Shown: positions 13,205 through 26,760 of the stretch, in pieces
How positions within the stretch are numbered: the stretch's first letter is position 1
Layout of the letters: every line of letters begins with the position of its first letter
Assembly (NCBI RefSeq): GCF_001194135.2
Contig: NC_068981.1
Coordinates: 84,388,346-84,448,448, forward strand
Direction of reading: 5' to 3'
Length of the DNA stretch: 60,103 nt
Origin: Octopus bimaculoides
Taxonomy: Eukaryota
Position numbers and translations under genes: made by a program
Notes under the pieces: generated by a model
Seen by the model: only the letters and a program-made list of their open reading frames with translations
Databases searched by the model: none
Told to the model about the DNA's origin: nothing

Positions 13205-15049
13205 CATACATACATACATAATGCATATGTATGCATGTATGAGCAGACACATTTTCGTATTTATACGTGCGTATGCAAACGTGTGTATTATTGTGTATGT
13301 ACAACGTGTTTCTGTGGTGTGTACATATATGTATATATTTGTGTATGTATGTATGTATACGTGAAAGCCTACATTATTTGCTTATAGTTACCACTTCTTA
13401 AATACAACTCTACCGTACAAATTACACAGCGGTAAGCTAACGATAAAAATATAGTCTTTTTTGTAAGCTGTTTGTAATTTTAAATAAGAAGATTATAATT
13501 TATTCTTTATTTATGTTTATTTACAAGTGTTTTTTTTTTCTGTTTTTTGTTGGATTTTTTTTTTTTCATACTCTGGCCTCTAGTTTCATGGGATTTTTCT
13601 GTTCGCCACAACTCTCTGTATATGTTTGTATCGTCAGTCAAAAAATGTCCTAAAACGTCTCTTATCTCCGATAATTGATTTATATTTTGCTTATGTTTCA
13701 GCATTTATTAAACGTTTATTGGGACATTATAATTGTTTTTTTCTTTTTACCTTGGTCACTTAACCGGTTAGATTTTTGACCAAAGACCTTCCATTCATAA
13801 AAATACCGCGTTCTTATAGATTTTTTTTTTTTATCAGGGAATATAAGTAAGATCGTATTCCCCAACATGTTTTCCAAAAATATTGCATTTTGAACAATGT
13901 CCATATTTCTTTAAGGTGGTAAGATTTGTTTTTCAAGAGATTTGACTATTGGTTTTGACATGTAAAATGACCACATAGGGACTCCAACATGTACTTATAT
14001 ATTTGTTATGTTATTTAAAAGGTTCTCTAAATTCATTCATCATAGTAATAAAACTGTGACCTAAACCACTTTAAATCTTTTCGTTTTAAATCTGATGAAG
14101 AGCTATATGAATTGTTTTGTAATCACACAATACGAATTTGTTTTGTTTCAGATTTAGCCATAATACTGTTCTAAAAATCATGGTTAGTTAGATGGTTGAT
14201 TTAAAACATTATTAGAACAGTCATATATGAAATCATGTATAAAAACAGTCATATATGAAATTATATGACTGATACTCGTTCTACCAAGCCAGCAGTAAAG
14301 AAACCTAAAGTTAAGCGCTTCGCTAATTGAGTCCTATGTTAAGTATCATCATTGACAGCAAAATATGGAAGAGCTTCAGACTTGGACCATCCATTTCTTT
14401 TTTCTTTTTCTTTTTTTTTTCTCCTAAATCATACTCCTATCAGCTCTAACAGCGTTACTGATGGAAATTCAGAGATGATAAAATGTTGACAGGATTTTAT
14501 TTAATATCGAGAGTATTTTGTTTAAAAGTAGCCAACAAGGAGATTTAAGGACACTAATAAACGTCTGTGTCTCGTGAGCAGCTTTAAATTAATCATGACC
14601 GAGAAATTGACGCAGCTTTGATTTTCATTTGGAAAGCGAATTTCCATATTCATCATTGATATTCTGAGAAATATCGTAGCTCTTAAGACAATAAAATTCA
14701 CTGAAAATTCTCCGCTGCTGTACTATAAAATAGGAATTATAATTTCCTTGGGCTTTATTTTGTTGTTATTATTTAATGTTACGAGATACGTACAGTTGTG
14801 AAATGTGAAGATAAAATATGATGAAGTGAGATTGATTGTGGGTTATAAAAACGTTATAAAGAATTGAGACACAGCAATCTTTTTGTGTAAATATGCTGTA
14901 TTGTAAATAACAATAAAAATGATTGAATCTTCGCGAGATGAAGCGATTAATACCTGTTATTATTGTTTCAATATATATAGTTATGATTTATCTCTATGCT
15001 CTACAGACACATGTCAGGGGTACTTTTAGAGGATTCAAGCTTGATATGA

Positions 15050-16900
15050 ATTGACTTTTATCTTGAATTAGTTCCACTTCAATTTATTTCACTAAAATTA
15101 AATTGCCATAGTCGAAATGGAAGTGGACATCCACCTATAAAACTCAATGTGATACTTACACCTTCTGAGGTTCCATGTACTGTTAAGCACTATTTAACTC
15201 TCAGGACTATAAAGTTACATTTGAAGAACCTAGTGACTTTTATTTGAGACTCTTACTGAACTGCGTTCCGAAGAAAATTTCGAAATTATTTTTTAATATA
15301 TATCGATGACTTTAACTATCTTTACTATACCAATCAAGAAGTATTGTGAACTGTTTTAAAAATAAAAGGCTTCCCGCTCTATCAAATGCATTGCCTCGTA
15401 ATACCTGACCACAGCACAAACACTATTTTTAGTGATTCTGAGAAAATTTTTATTTGTTATTTCTATTTTATTCAATGCTCGCAAACACAAAATCAAACTT
15501 GGAAATTTTTTTTTTAACTTTGCGAACCATTGATCCGTCGAGAGTCTTTGTTAATCTACCGCCAGATTTCAAAAATGTAATTACAAATTTTCGTAATTTT
15601 AGATAATTTCATGGCGTGTAAATTCGTTCATAAGGAATAAAAATGCTCAAAAAAGACATTATTGAACTATGTGACCGATTTTAGGATGCGCAGAAACGTG
15701 TCGCGAACGGTAAAAGCAAAACTAAGGCACCTAGACAAAGATCAAAGGAAATAAAACAAAAATGCAAGTATATTATTTGGAGTTCTTCGTAAACCCAGTA
15801 TGAGACTGAATATGCATAAAAGTAAATTCTCAAATAAGTTTGTATTCTAAGTCATCAAATTATCCATAATTAATTACGTCTGAGCCCTCAGGTTTGACTC
15901 CATTTAAAGAAATATCTTCTGCTGAAGATAAGCAATATACTTTATCTAGTATGAAGGGTCTGTTCGTTTGTTAGCTGCGATGGGTTCCTAACTTCTCTGA
16001 AAGAATAAGACTTGCTTAGTTTTTGCTATCATGAGAAGCTGTAATGGCAATCAATCAATGACTTAAAAACAGCTATTACATAATCTATGATCATGGTTAA
16101 TGTAGATGAACATATGATATTTACCGATACAACGGATACACCTGAAGTTGCTATGAGGGCTACTCATAATCGAAATGACAACCCTATAGTATTATAATCT
16201 TAGCCATTAAATTCTGAAGAAGAAAATCATTCAATTTCTGTTATATAAACGATTTACTCTATTATACAAACGATCAGAAGTCTTTACCGGATATTGTCGT
16301 TATAAAATATAAAAAAGTAATATTGAAATGAGAATTGAACTCATGAAGTTCTATTATGAATTCTAGCATCGTCCTAGTTTCTTAAATGGTAAGTACTATG
16401 CAAATTTTGCTGCACTGCTTTGCGGAGTTATCTCTTACGACTACCTCCACAAATCTCTCTGCTACCCTACACAAAAAAAGGATAGCCTGTTTGCGGGCTA
16501 CGGAATTTTTTCGAATTCCACAGACAACAATAATTTTTTTACATGTTACATTTGACAGAAATTAAAGTCACGATGCTATAATCCAAAACAATATCAACTC
16601 ATCAGATCTGTGCACCTCATTGCTAACATAAGTATCGGATTCAAAGGATTGTAACTTTTAATGTCAAATGCTACATACCTATTCATTATTATACTTTCCG
16701 TTGCAACAATAATATTTTACCGATAACGTTATTTTCAATTTTCGGTTTCCCTGGAAACGTCCATTCAGATCGAGGAAACACACCAGGTTTTCCGAATTAA
16801 AACTTCATTGCACGATATAGATATTCCAACAAGTTCCATGACTCCATTTTACCCTGCCGAAAATGGACAGCGCTCGCTTCATGCTATTGTCTTTTCGAAA
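15050..16900 (+). mobile_element. Very old Gypsy/Ty3 pol relic (protease, RT end, RNase H, integrase)
   Basis: Ordered motif remnants: FVNLPPDFK (about 15550), GLF..RWVPNFSERIR (15978), TDTPEVAMRAT (RNase H, about 16130), MRIELMKFYYEF*HRP (16328), ISIGFKG and FGFPGNVHSDRG (16741), TPFYPAENGQ. Many stops. No LTRs recognised. Confidence 0.7.
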
Positions 16901-17289
16901 TACTGACATTAACTATGCAATATAAATAGAAATATTTCCTATTTATATGTCTTATATTCAGTACGATTCTTGTTATGTATATAACATATACGTTTCTGTC
17001 CCCCAAACATCTCCACTCTCCTTTATTAAGAAACAACCGTAGGTAGGTACCTACTTCGTTCATCTATTTCAAAACGGATTTTATGATTTGTTTTCTATTT
17101 ACTCTCCTCTTTCTTGACAAATATTCTAAATAGTTTCTCTTCTTTCTTTGCAATTACATTTATTTTACATTTAATTTTATTTATTATTTTTTTTACTTTC
17201 ACATTTTTTCTTTGATTATAAATTACTCACACAGACATGAACCAGTTTTCTTTGATTCTCGATTTTACCTTTACTTAAAGAATGTTGTA

Positions 17290-18000
17290 GACATGCATTC
17301 ATCCAGGTTTTGATTCCTTCTAAGAGCGAAGTATGATGTTTCTCCATTCCCAAATAGTTTAAGCCGGTTCAGCTGGAGTGGCAATACTAATTATCATAAA
17401 TGTGGAGAACACACGTAGTTCGAATATATTCAGCCAGCGTGTAACTGGCTCCTTGCAGAACATTCCTAGTGAAATAATAATGATTTAACCGTGCTTGTTA
17501 AAACACTAAAACAGAAATGCTGCATCTTCAACGCAATGAGAATCAAAACCAACTTGCACCTTGTGGTTATCCACAAAGCAGGCAACAAAGGGGGATTTAA
17601 AAAAAAGCATAAACAAAAGAAAGATAAGATCTGGACTTCTGAATGATGTTGACAAATGGAAGGTGTAGGTGAATTTTTAAAAAATCAATTATAATCTTAA
17701 GCCACATTGCGAAAAACAATTCCGAACATTGGCCTTTTAACTTGATCTGATATGAACAAAATAATGTTGATTATCGAGTTGACGGAGCATTGAGAGGCAA
17801 CATAGGGTGGTCATATAAAAGGCAGTATCTAAAATATGAGAGCCTTTGGAAGTTAGGCGAGTCATGAAGATGGTAGTGTATAATACCTCCAAGGTATTAT
17901 GCACGGCCATCCTCTGTATTCTGTAGCTTTTGTAGCTAGACCCACTGTATATTAAACCCATCACACTAGAGAAATAATAGGCGAACTGCGGAAGTAAGAA
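17290..18000 (+). mobile_element. HERO-like (restriction-like endonuclease) non-LTR retrotransposon, 3' relic
   Basis: FLLRAKYDVSPFPNSLSRF (17314), degenerate zinc knuckle KCGEH..EYIQPAC, GLLNDVDKWKV, then IIELT..*E/GNIGWSYKRQYLKYE, in the order of the HERO-clade C-terminus (YDxLP, CCHC, IELTVPWE, KxxKY). Confidence 0.65.
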
Positions 18001-18042
18001 GAGCATGTTTCGTCGTGATTCTAACAGTGGAATGTAAAAGAC

Positions 18043-18105
18043 CAAATTTGAGTACAAGAAACAAGTTTGCCGCAAATTTGAGTACAAGAAACAAGTTTGC
18101 CGCAA
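18043..18105. repeat. Perfect 30-bp tandem duplication
   Basis: caaatttgagtacaagaaacaagtttgccg x2 plus caa. Confidence 0.95.
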
Positions 18106-18905
18106 TATTTAAAATAAAATAATCGCTGCAGGATTAGTTGTTACAGACATCACAAGACAAAAGTCTGCTATTGTGTGTCGAAATGATCACAGACTATCCA
18201 CGGATAGCCATTATGTTATTCGGAAGTGGTGAAAAGATTTATCTAATACGTTTTAAAATCTTATTTTTATATTTTGTTTTTATTTTATTTAAAGGCAACG
18301 ATATTTTGTTTTATTTTATTTAAAGGCAGCGAATCATTAGCGCACAGGAAAAAAAATACTTAGCAGTATTTATTCCGTCTCTTTACGTTCTGTGTTCAAA
18401 ATCTACACACATCAATTTTGCCTTCCATCTTTTGTGGTCGATAAAATAAGTACCCCTTCTCTTAATATCAGGCCTTGTGCATATAGTAGAAAGGGCCATT
18501 TAGCTATTTATTTTAATTTTGAGATTATCTTCGGTCATGAAAGGAACGCCCCGCAGTGCAAAACAATACACANNNNNNNNNNNNNNNNNNNNNNNNNNNN
18601 NNNNNNNNNNNNNNNNNNNNNNNNNNNNNNNNNNNNNNNNNNNNNNNNNNNNNNNNNNNNNNNNNNNNNNNNNNNNNNNNNNNNNNNNNNNNNNNNNNNN
18701 NNNNNNNNNNNNNNNNNNNNNNNNNNNNNNNNNNNNNNNNNNNNNNNNNNNNNNNNNNNNNNNNNNNNNNNNNNNNNNNNNNNNNNNNNNNNNNNNNNNN
18801 NNNNNNNNNNNNNNNNNNNNNNNNNNNNNNNNNNNNNNNNNNNNNNNNNNNNNNNNNNNNNNNNNNNNNNNNNNNNNNNNNNNNNNNNNNNNNNNNNNNN
18901 NNNNN

Positions 18906-18937
<32 letters not shown>

Positions 18938-19491
18938 TCATGGATACATGTATACGTCTGTGTGCATATATATATATACGTTTGCGTCGTGTCTGCTTCA
19001 GTTATATTTGAATGTGCCAATAAATGTTCCTATGGGGTGCGCGCGCGTGTTTTTATTTTGAAGCCTGAACTTCTGACTTCAGCCAACGACCAACCCACTC
19101 AAGCGGTAAGGTTACAAATTACTGGAGCCATCAACGCAGAAGAAAAGTCAGTGGTTTTTCATGACTGAGCCTTTATTTGCGTCAGGTGATAATAGCTGGA
19201 GATGAATGAACCCCCGCTAACATTGCGCTTTGTCTTCCTCTTGTCGGTCTTTAAAGCTCGTATCTACTATTTTGTCTATTGTTTTCCTTATGTTTCATTC
19301 ATAATCTCTCTCTCCGTTCTCTCCCTTTCCCTCTGTCTGTCTTTCTTTCACACACACACACACACACACATGTATTTTTTCCTTTTATAAACTGCGGCTT
19401 CTATCTTAGTATTACACACAAATTAACACACGCATACACACACATATAGTCTGTATATACATATACAAATACCAGCCATATATACATATAT

Positions 19492-19583
<92 letters not shown>

Positions 19584-19636
19584 ATATATATATATATATA
19601 TACGGAGACAGGTAGGGAGGGAGGAAGAGAGGGAAG

Positions 19637-19733
<97 letters not shown>

Positions 19734-20196
19734 CAATTTGCTGTTATGTATCATACTTAATGTAAATACATTTTTGAAAAGCAAATTTACTGCGGTATTC
19801 GTCCCGAGATAACATCGTTTATGACCGTGTTGCTTTCAAAAACAGAATATATATCGGAAGGAAATAGAAAATGTCCGCGTATCGGCTAGTGAGAACGCCA
19901 GATGCATTTCTGCTTCATTGGACGATATTAATAACTCGTACCCCCCATTACTGAGGAAAGTTTTCTATACCTAACATATAAGTTTTTATTGCCGATTACA
20001 GTAATACTAGTCGCTAGCATTTTGTCTTGTTCTTCTTCGTTTTTTTTTACGCATATTGTATCTCAGACGACTCGTTTTGAAATAGTGTTAGGTGTCATCT
20101 TAGATAGTTTTATCAAATCAATCTATGATGTATAGTTCCCTGCGTTGGCTGAAGCACCTCGTTCGAAAGACGGAGTGTCACAGATCTAATGTTTCA

Positions 20197-20393
20197 TATT
20201 GAGGCGTTGGTGTAAAGTTCCTGACTTTAAGGGTTTCACAAAAGGCCTGGCTGGAGGCACAACCTTCCGAGTTATGTCACATGGCAATAAGTTTGTGAAT
20301 CTGAGAGGCGAATATATTGAATAAAATCATAATTAACTGATCCTCCAGTATTTTCTTTTATCTAAAGCCAGAAACTTTCCAGCACTACTCGTA
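20197..20393. mobile_element. Mariner-type MITE, about 197 bp
   Basis: Imperfect TIRs: ta..gaggcgttggtgtaaagttcctgacttta versus taaagccagaaactttccagcactactcgta, with TA ends. Confidence 0.65.
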
Positions 20394-20621
20394 TATTATA
20401 TTTCCCCCTATCTGAAAGCTACACAACTTACTTTGCCGTACTACCTGTGAATCCTCAAGGCAAGACAAATTTTTTCCGGAATCCAGTCGGATTTTGTTTG
20501 TCGAAAGTTTTAGAGATCACAACGGGAGAGTATTGATTGGGGCCGTCAGAGCATCACAGATGATCTTTGTCTATACATATTAATGGTGGTACTTATCTGT
20601 GCATCGTATTTGAGTCTAGAG

Positions 20622-20720
20622 CAGTGTTTCTCAACAAGAATTCCACAAAAACCTATGATATCGAGAGAGATGTTTGTGGATTCCACGAGGAATTGATAGA
20701 CTAATTATATAATTTAGATA
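20622..20720 (+). mobile_element. hAT (Charlie-like) MITE left end
   Basis: cagtgtttctcaac preceded by gtctagag (the NTCTAGAN target preference of Charlie-type hATs). No matching right TIR found. Confidence 0.45.
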
Positions 20721-21744
20721 ACTTAGATATAGTTCTACCAAGAATTGGCCCAGGACATGTCTCACGTAATAGCAATGAATTTTGTGCAATATTTCGTTTA
20801 ATTTCATATCCACAGGTTTATCATTCACGTACAGCAGTTCCGAAATTCTGTCTGCGGTACGTTGTAAGACGTTACCAGAAAATTGACCGCATAATAGAAA
20901 TTTGTGGAGAAATTTTGTCTATACTCGTACAAGGATTTTGATATAGACGAAATTTCTAAAACGTTCTTTGTGGCGTCAGATGTATTTTGCACTAACAAGC
21001 ATATCAAACACAGTTTTGCGATTTGTTTAATAAAAAGAAAGGATAGAAGGAATAAATATATATAATACTTTATATTATATTTCGGGATGATCTTTTTTTT
21101 TCCAAATAAACACATGCACTATATATTTGTTCTTCACTCTTTATTACTGTTCTCATTCTAACTCATGTCTATTGTCCGAAAATCTTTCGTTACACATTTG
21201 TGACCTCTTCAGCGACAATTTCAGTCTTCGTGTATGTTCCAATAAGACTGCACTACATATATATATATATATATATATANNNNNNNNNNNNNNNNNNNNN
21301 NNNNNNNNNNNNNNNNNNNNNNNNNNNNNNNNNNNNNNNNNNNNNNNNNNNNNNNNNNNNNNNNNNNNNNNNNNNNNNNNNNNNNNNNNNNNNNNNNNNN
21401 NNNNNNNNNNNNNNNNNNNNNNNNNNNNNNNNNNNNNNNNNNNNNNNNNNNNNNNNNNNNNNNNNNNNNNNNNNNNNNNNNNNNNNNNNNNNNNNNNNNN
21501 NNNNNNNNNNNNNNNNNNNNNNNNNNNNNNNNNNNNNNNNNNNNNNNNNNNNNNNNNNNNNNNNNNNNNNNNNNNNNNNNNNNNNNNNNNNNNNNNNNNN
21601 NNNNNNNNNNNNNNNNNNNNNNNNNNNNNNNNNNNNNNNNNNNNNNNNNNNNNNNNNNNNNNNNNNNNNNNNNNNNNNNNNNNNNNNNNNNNNNNNNNNN
21701 NNNNNNNNNNNNNNNNNNNNNNNNNNNNNNNNNNNNNNNNNNNN

Positions 21745-21813
21745 AGGAACGTAAACACACCAACATTGATTGTCAAGCAATGGTGGGGAGACAAGCACAG
21801 ACACACAAACATG

Positions 21814-21850
<37 letters not shown>

Positions 21851-22030
21851 ACACACACACACACACACGCACAACATACATATGTATATTCGATGGTCTT
21901 CTTTCAGTTTCCGTTAATCAACTCTACTCACAAGGCTTTGGTCGGCCCGAGACTATAGTAGAAGACACTTGTCCAAGGTGCCACGCAGTGGGACTGAACC
22001 CGGAACCATATGGTTGGTAAGCAAGCTACT
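21745..22030 (-). mobile_element. SINE family B, 5' part with internal (CA)n
   Basis: Reverse complement of the head at 27722 (gaagacacttgtccaaggtgccacgcagtgggactgaacccggaacc). The 3' part is lost in a gap. Confidence 0.85.
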
Positions 22031-22114
22031 TTCTACACAGGGACCGTTAGCTTCACGTTTGTCCTTTTCTGTTTCCCTCTCGTTCCCTCTCTCAGTCAAT
22101 GAACAAACCTTTCG

Positions 22115-22478
22115 AAGCAGATGACTAGAGTGAAAGGAATTGCAACAGGCATGTTCATCTCCGGTCTCGAGCTAATCGACTTGAAACGGAAAATAAGGCT
22201 GGAGAAGAAATGCCTGTCGCAAAGTGTGTTTCGTAAAAGATGGAATTCTTTAGCAAGTAAGATGCGAGTGAAAGAACTTGTCTTCAGTGTGAGCATGTGG
22301 TTTGTGGGGTTGACCGCTTCCTTCGCTTCATTTTTTGTAAATCATTCATTCTCATTTAATTGTATATATTTTAATTGTTTGTTTATTCATACGTTTCGTC
22401 TCATTCGATCCCCTGAACCCAATGTTTGTTTTCGTATCGTCCCCTCTTTTTCTCAACCTCATGGTTAATAAAGAAATT
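22115..22478 (+). mobile_element. L1/Tx1 LINE, extreme 3' fragment
   Basis: ORF 22121 MTRVKGIATGMFISGLELIDLKRKIRLEKKCLSQSVFRKRW parallels the ORF2 C-terminus of the 45.2-47.1 kb element. Followed by a T-rich UTR and the tail gtcccctct...aataaagaaat. Confidence 0.7.
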
Positions 22479-22574
22479 GACTATACTTTGCCTAAACTCA
22501 ACCGTAACCTAGAAATACTCTGACTATAAAGGGTTAGTACTCGGAGCAAGAGATAGATAGTTAGACAGACAGAC

Positions 22575-22620
<46 letters not shown>

Positions 22621-22959
22621 CTGCACACACACACGCAAACACACATAAGGGGAGTGTGTGAGAAAGAGAGAGAGAGAGAAGACTTTGGTATGTGATTATT
22701 TTGAATTAAAAATGAGGAACATTTTTTACATATCGAATTTAATTCTTGTTTATAATCACTTCTTTTTTTTTCCTATTCTATTCTTAGTATTTCCAAAGAG
22801 CCCACCCATCGGCTAATATTTGACCTTAGATACGTGGAACGAAACTAACTAAATAAACGTTTCAATGCTATGTATAAAGGTATGTTCCCACCGAAAACCA
22901 CGCCCACCACCAATGACATTAGTTTCACCTTCCCTTGCACAACAGCTAGGTTTTCAAAG

Positions 22960-23125
22960 CAACCTCCAATACAATCATCATTATCATCGTCGTCATCGTC
23001 GTCGCCGTCGTCACCATCATCGTCGTTATCGTCGTCATCATCGTCATCAACAACAACACCACAGCCATCGCCGATACAATTGCCGAGCTAAACCATCACC
23101 ACCACCACCACCACCACCACCACCA
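22960..23125. repeat. (ATC)n/(GTC)n/(CAC)n trinucleotide low-complexity tract
   Basis: Direct reading. It explains the His-, Ser- and Pro-rich ORFs at 22865-23140. Confidence 0.85.
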
Positions 23126-24515
23126 TTGCTTCTACCATAATTATTCCGGCCACAATCGCCTTTTCTGTGCTCACCAACAGACATTGCTATAAGTCCCCTA
23201 CATTGACACTGTTAACATTAACACCAGCAACGCTATTAACAACACCTTCACTAACTTCTTGCCGAAACTACGACAAAAGACATTTAACAATAACAACGAC
23301 AACAGCGAAATACTGACAAAATACGATGAAAAAAACGAAAGAGCAGCAACCAATAAACAGCATAAAGAAGCTAGGACGAGAGTAGTGATGCAGTCAAATA
23401 GACAAATCTAGACGAGGGTGTGATGAAACGAATAAGAAAAGAACAAGAAAAAAAAAGGACGGATATATAACGAGTTAGAGAGGTGGCGGTGTAGAGTTGA
23501 CAAAAAAGTGTCCTGATGTGTTGGGTAGGGATCTGTTTTGTTCTATTGTTGTTTTTGTGATTGTATGCCAACTGACAATCGTGCTTCTTTCTTCTTCTCT
23601 TGTTTTTTTTTGTTTTTGTTTTCTTTTTTTTTGGTTTTTTGGTTTTTCAGTTAGATATCCAGGCAGGACATCGGAATTATTCAGCTGTGTATGGTATAGA
23701 TAGGTCAGCGTGGCTTTGCTCGTGGATACTTAATATCAGCTCTCAGCGAAGGGAATTAAGTATTAAGAATGAAGAAAGAAAAGGGAGAAGGAAAGAAACG
23801 AAAGCAAGAAAAGAAATGTAAAAGTATATGAATTAAAAGGAAAACGAAAGATAAAAAGATCAAGAACAACACAAAAAAAAAAACAAAGCTGAAAAACTGA
23901 TAGAAAAATAAAATAAGAAAAGGCAGTCAGTTAGATTCCATTGTTGAAAGAACACTTGCTGAAGCGATCATTACAATAGCTTAAGGCTCTTAAAGCCCTG
24001 CTTATTCTCAAAAGCCTTCTTATTCCAGGTATCAGCTTTCAAAGCTACAAACCACCACCACCGCACAAACATAAACAGGCACGCAGCAACCGCAACCACA
24101 GCTACCACCTCCGTCATCGCCAGCATCACTACAAACATACATTTCATACGCGCACATGCACACGCATAAACAAATACTTCGGAAAAGTAGGGTTTATTCA
24201 CTTTTCATATAAAGGATACGTGGTCAAACCACGCCTAAAATTTCATATAGGTAAAATAGAAGGGTTGCAGCGATATGAAAACACAACCGTTCACCCGTGT
24301 TAACACCCAAGGACATGCACGCATCTTGTCGGCCTCCAACAACAGCAGCAAAACACAAAGAGCCTCAGCTATATTCACTCATACATAAAACACGAATACC
24401 AACGCACACACAAACATTAGCAGACAAACACATGCATACATACACACGCAGAGCTCATTCACATTTTCCCCTCTCTCTCTCTCTCTCTCTCGTTCCAAAT
24501 ACATATACACATGTA

Positions 24516-24550
<35 letters not shown>

Positions 24551-25391
24551 NNNNNNNNNNNNNNNNNNNNNNNNNNNNNNNNNNNNNNNNNNNNNNNNNN
24601 NNNNNNNNNNNNNNNNNNNNNNNNNNNNNNNNNNNNNNNNNNNNNNNNNNNNNNNNNNNNNNNNNNNNNNNNNNNNNNNNNNNNNNNNNNNNNNNNNNNN
24701 NNNNNNNNNNNNNNNNNNNNNNNNNNNNNNNNNNNNNNNNNNNNNNNNNNNNNNNNNNNNNNNNNNNNNNNNNNNNNNNNNNNNNNNNNNNNNNNNNNNN
24801 NNNNNNNNNNNNNNNNNNNNNNNNNNNNNNNNNNNNNNNNNNNNNNNNNNNNNNNNNNNNNNNNNNNNNNNNNNNNNNNNNNNNNNNNNNNNNNNNNNNN
24901 NNNNNNNNNNNNNNNNNNNNNNNNNNNNNNNNNNNNNNNNNNNNNNNNNNNNNNNNNNNNNNNNNNNNNNNNNNNNNNNNNNNNNNNNNNNNNNNNNNNN
25001 NNNNNNNNNNNNNNNNNNNNNNNNNNNNNNNNNNNNNNNNNNNNNNNNNNNNNNNNNNNNNNNNNNNNNNNNNNNNNNNNNATATATACATTTACATATA
25101 CACATATTCGTACATGTATGTATTAGACATATGTATGTGAATACACGCTGACACACACACATATACATACATACTTACTGACATACGTACATACGTACGT
25201 ACGTATATACATACATACATACATACATGCATACATACATACATACATACATACATACATACATACATACATACATACATACCATGTGAGGTCTATAGTG
25301 CTTCTATAGTGATAGCTGAATTGGCTTTATGTTAGCGTATGTGCGTTTATTATGTTTCTTTGAATGTGCATGTCTGTAAGAGAGAGAGAGA

Positions 25392-25423
<32 letters not shown>

Positions 25424-25433
25424 NNNNNNNNNN

Positions 25434-25480
<47 letters not shown>

Positions 25481-25964
25481 GGCGAATGAAAGAGAGAAAG
25501 AGAGGAGAGCGATAATATATATAAAAATAAAGAAGAAGTTGAAACCTCTTAATACAACACAAAAACTACACTTTATTGCTGTGGTGAAAGTAAAGGGGTC
25601 ATTAGTTTCTAATACATAAAGGATCTGATGGTCAGTTATCGTGGTAGTAATGGGACCACTTTTGTGATTTAGCCCTCACAGCTGCTCTTTTTACCCCCTT
25701 GATATCTTAAGTAGAAGGAAAACAAACAAAAATGTCATGAACAACAGAAGTAACGGAAAAGAAAGGAAAGGTTTTTAAACAACACACTTTGTAAAAACAT
25801 CTGTTGTAACGTAATTTATTTTAAGATGTTTTGTGAATTCTTTTTTTTTTTATGAATGAGGGGCTCTAAGGATTATCGCTGCTTTAAAATAACATGAAAA
25901 TCAAATATTAAATCAGAAACGTTTTCACTTGTGATCGAATGTCGCTTGAAGACTTAAAACTGCT

Positions 25965-26086
25965 TCCAAATGTTGGCACAAGGCCAGCGATTTGGATGGA
26001 GGGGATCCCAGTGCTCAATTGGCAGTTGTTTTATCGACCACGAAAGGATGAAATGCAATATCAACCTCGGTGGAATCTGAACTCAT
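25965..26086 (-). mobile_element. SINE family C fragment
   Basis: ttttatcgaccacgaaaggatgaaa...cctcggtggaatctgaactc is the reverse complement of the family C core. Confidence 0.7.
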
Positions 26087-26569
26087 CTGCCTGTTTGTAG
26101 CCTTTACGAAGATTTAATATAGCCACTATACAAGAAATATANNNNNNNNNNNNNNNNNNNNNNNNNNNNNNNNNNNNNNNNNNNNNNNNNNNNNNNNNNN
26201 NNNNNNNNNNNNNNNNNNNNNNNNNNNNNNNNNNNNNNNNNNNNNNNNNNNNNNNNNNNNNNNNNNNNNNNNNNNNNNNNNNNNNNNNNNNNNNNNNNNN
26301 NNNNNNNNNNNNNNNNNNNNNNNNNNNNNNNNNNNNNNNNNNNNNNNNNNNNNNNNNNNNNNNNNNNNNNNNNNNNNNNNNNNNNNNNNNNNNNNNNNNN
26401 NNNNNNNNNNNNNNNNNNNNNNNNNNNNNNNNNNNNNNNNNNNNNNNNNNNNNNNNNNNNNNNNNNNNNNNNNNNNNNNNNNNNNNNNNNNNNNNNNNNN
26501 NNNNNNNNNNNNNNNNNNNNNNNNNNNNNNNNNNNNNNNNNNNNNNNNNNNNNNNNNNNNNNNNNNATA

Positions 26570-26760
26570 TTTTGTTTTAGTTTTTGAACTGCGGTCATAC
26601 TGGTACACCGTCTTCAAGGGTTTACTCGAACAAATCGACACCACAGCGTATTTTTTAAATCTTGCTATTTATTATATCAGTCCCTTTTGCCGAACCGCTA
26701 GTTTACGAAGACGAAAACAAAACAACACCGTTTGTGAAGCAGTGGAGAGAGACTACAGAG
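26570..26760 (-). mobile_element. SINE family B, 3' fragment
   Basis: actgcggtcatactgg and cttttgccgaaccgcta match the family B tail half. Confidence 0.65.
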
